Origin: Octopus bimaculoides
Taxonomy: Eukaryota
Direction of reading: 5' to 3'
NCBI RefSeq assembly: GCF_001194135.2
Contig: NC_068997.1
Location: 19,438,973 to 19,502,972, forward strand
DNA length: 64,000 bases
Under the pieces are notes generated by a model. The model did not search any database. It was not told the DNA's origin and worked only from the letters and a program-made list of their open reading frames with translations. Each line of letters begins with the position of its first letter. The stretch's first letter is position 1. Position numbers and translations under genes: made by a program. Shown here one piece after another: positions 62,591-64,000 of the stretch.

Positions 62591-63394
62591 CTATTCTGCA
62601 AGCATTAAAACTGGTTTATGTAATAGTGGCTTCTGGAAGTCAAATGTATGAAAACAGAAAACAGACTTTGCTACATGGGTCATTAAATAAGTAACAGAGA
62701 TAAAGAAATTATGATAATTCTTTTGCATAACAGTGAATAAAAATATTTATTAATAGATAAAGTATTTGTTCATTAAAATTTATGTGATAGTCGTTACTGT
62801 ATTGCCCTGGGATGGAAAAATTAAGTGATAATCATTTTTTATCTTGAAAGAAATGAGTCGCATGAAGATTAAGAAAGAAATTTTAGAGGTTGAATAAAGG
62901 AGAAAGTATGAACAATCATCATCATTATCATGGTAATGTCTGCTTTTCCATGTGTGCATGGGTGGTTTGAAGTTGATTGAAACAGGTTTTCAATGACTGA
63001 ATGCTCTTCCTGTCACCGACTCTCACCTGTTTTCAAGTAAGGTCATAATATTTCCCTGTGCCTAAACATGTTTCTGCACAATATTGGAAATAAATAACAC
63101 TGCTTGTATGATGGTGATGCTCATTTACAACTATCGTGTGGTGTAAAGACACAAACTCACACATGCATACCACATGTACATACATGCATGCATGCATATA
63201 TATATATATATATANNNNNNNNNNNNNNNNNNNNNNNNNNNNNNNNNNNNNNNNNNNNNNNNNNNNNNNNNNNNNNNNNNNNNNNNNNNNNNNNNNNNNN
63301 NNNNNNNNNNNNNNGCATCGTATGAATGAGAAAGGAAGGTGTGAAAAAGCCGATAAACCGCATTTGAAGTGTGAGTATATGTGTGTGTGTTATT

Positions 63395-63622
63395 TCTTTA
63401 CTACCCACAAGGGGCTACACACAGAGGGGACAAACAAGGACAGACAAACGGATTAAGTCGATAATATCGACCCTAGTGCGTAACTGGTACTTATTTAATC
63501 GACCCCGAAAGGATGAAAGGCAAAGTCGACCTCTGCGGAATTTGAACTCGGAACATAGCGGCAGACGAAATACCACTAAGCATTTCGCCCGGCGTGCTAA
63601 CGTTTCTGCCAGCTTACCGCCG
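63395..63622 (-). mobile_element. Young full-length SINE family B
   Basis: CpG-intact family B sequence. Confidence 0.9.
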
Positions 63623-63774
63623 TATATGTGTGTGTGTAAAAGAGATGTATGTTTGCATGCATGTGTGTGTACAGTGGAAGTGGGATGATAATGTTCAACA
63701 CTGAAAATGTGTGAGTATGTGTGTGCATGTACGAGAGAACTATGTGAAACTTTACATATACATGTAAGGTAAAG

Positions 63775-63977
63775 GAAATATAGAAAAATAATCCAGAATC
63801 CTTGTCCGGTACCAGATCGATCCCAAAATCTAATCAGTTCATGTCAGTCACGAGGCCAAATATCCCTAAAAGTTTCGTCCAAATCCATCCAGCAGTTCTG
63901 TAGATATCTTGTCCATGGACAGACAAACAAACACAACTGAAAACAATACCTCCGCCTTCGCTAAGGCAGAGGTAACA
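63775..63977. mobile_element. Non-autonomous Helentron/Helitron-type (HINE-like) element
   Basis: (ACAA/ACAG)n core followed by terminal hairpin TACCTCCGCCTT-CGCT-AAGGCAGAGGTA at 63947-63974. Confidence 0.55.
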
Positions 63978-64000
63978 AGTGACTTTATATAATAAAAACT

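Overview
AT-rich eukaryotic scaffold with many N gaps. It is almost certainly intronic/intergenic DNA from an octopod cephalopod (Octopus-type; inferred from the repeat families, microsatellite load and gap pattern, not from a database hit). There is no prokaryotic system, CRISPR array, rRNA, bona fide tRNA gene or recognisable complete CDS; most ORF-track entries are microsatellite, gap or repeat artefacts. The window is dominated by several tRNA-derived SINE families, 3' ends of RTE-clade LINEs, hAT/mariner/piggyBac-like MITEs, Penelope-like hammerhead-ribozyme remnants, a Helentron-type element and simple repeats. The main large-scale signal is a three-block CpG pattern: CpG-decayed ~1-28 kb, CpG-retaining ~28-44.4 kb, CpG-decayed ~44.4-64 kb. 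This is consistent with two methylated gene bodies flanking an unmethylated domain, with exon- or promoter-like sequence at both borders. Several low-confidence candidate exons are given but no gene could be named. The most check-worthy local items are a pre-miRNA-like hairpin (36325-36383), a ~130-bp-arm inverted repeat (12201-12678), a set of hammerhead motifs, a 50-bp minisatellite, and nested insertions whose empty sites are visible in the same window.
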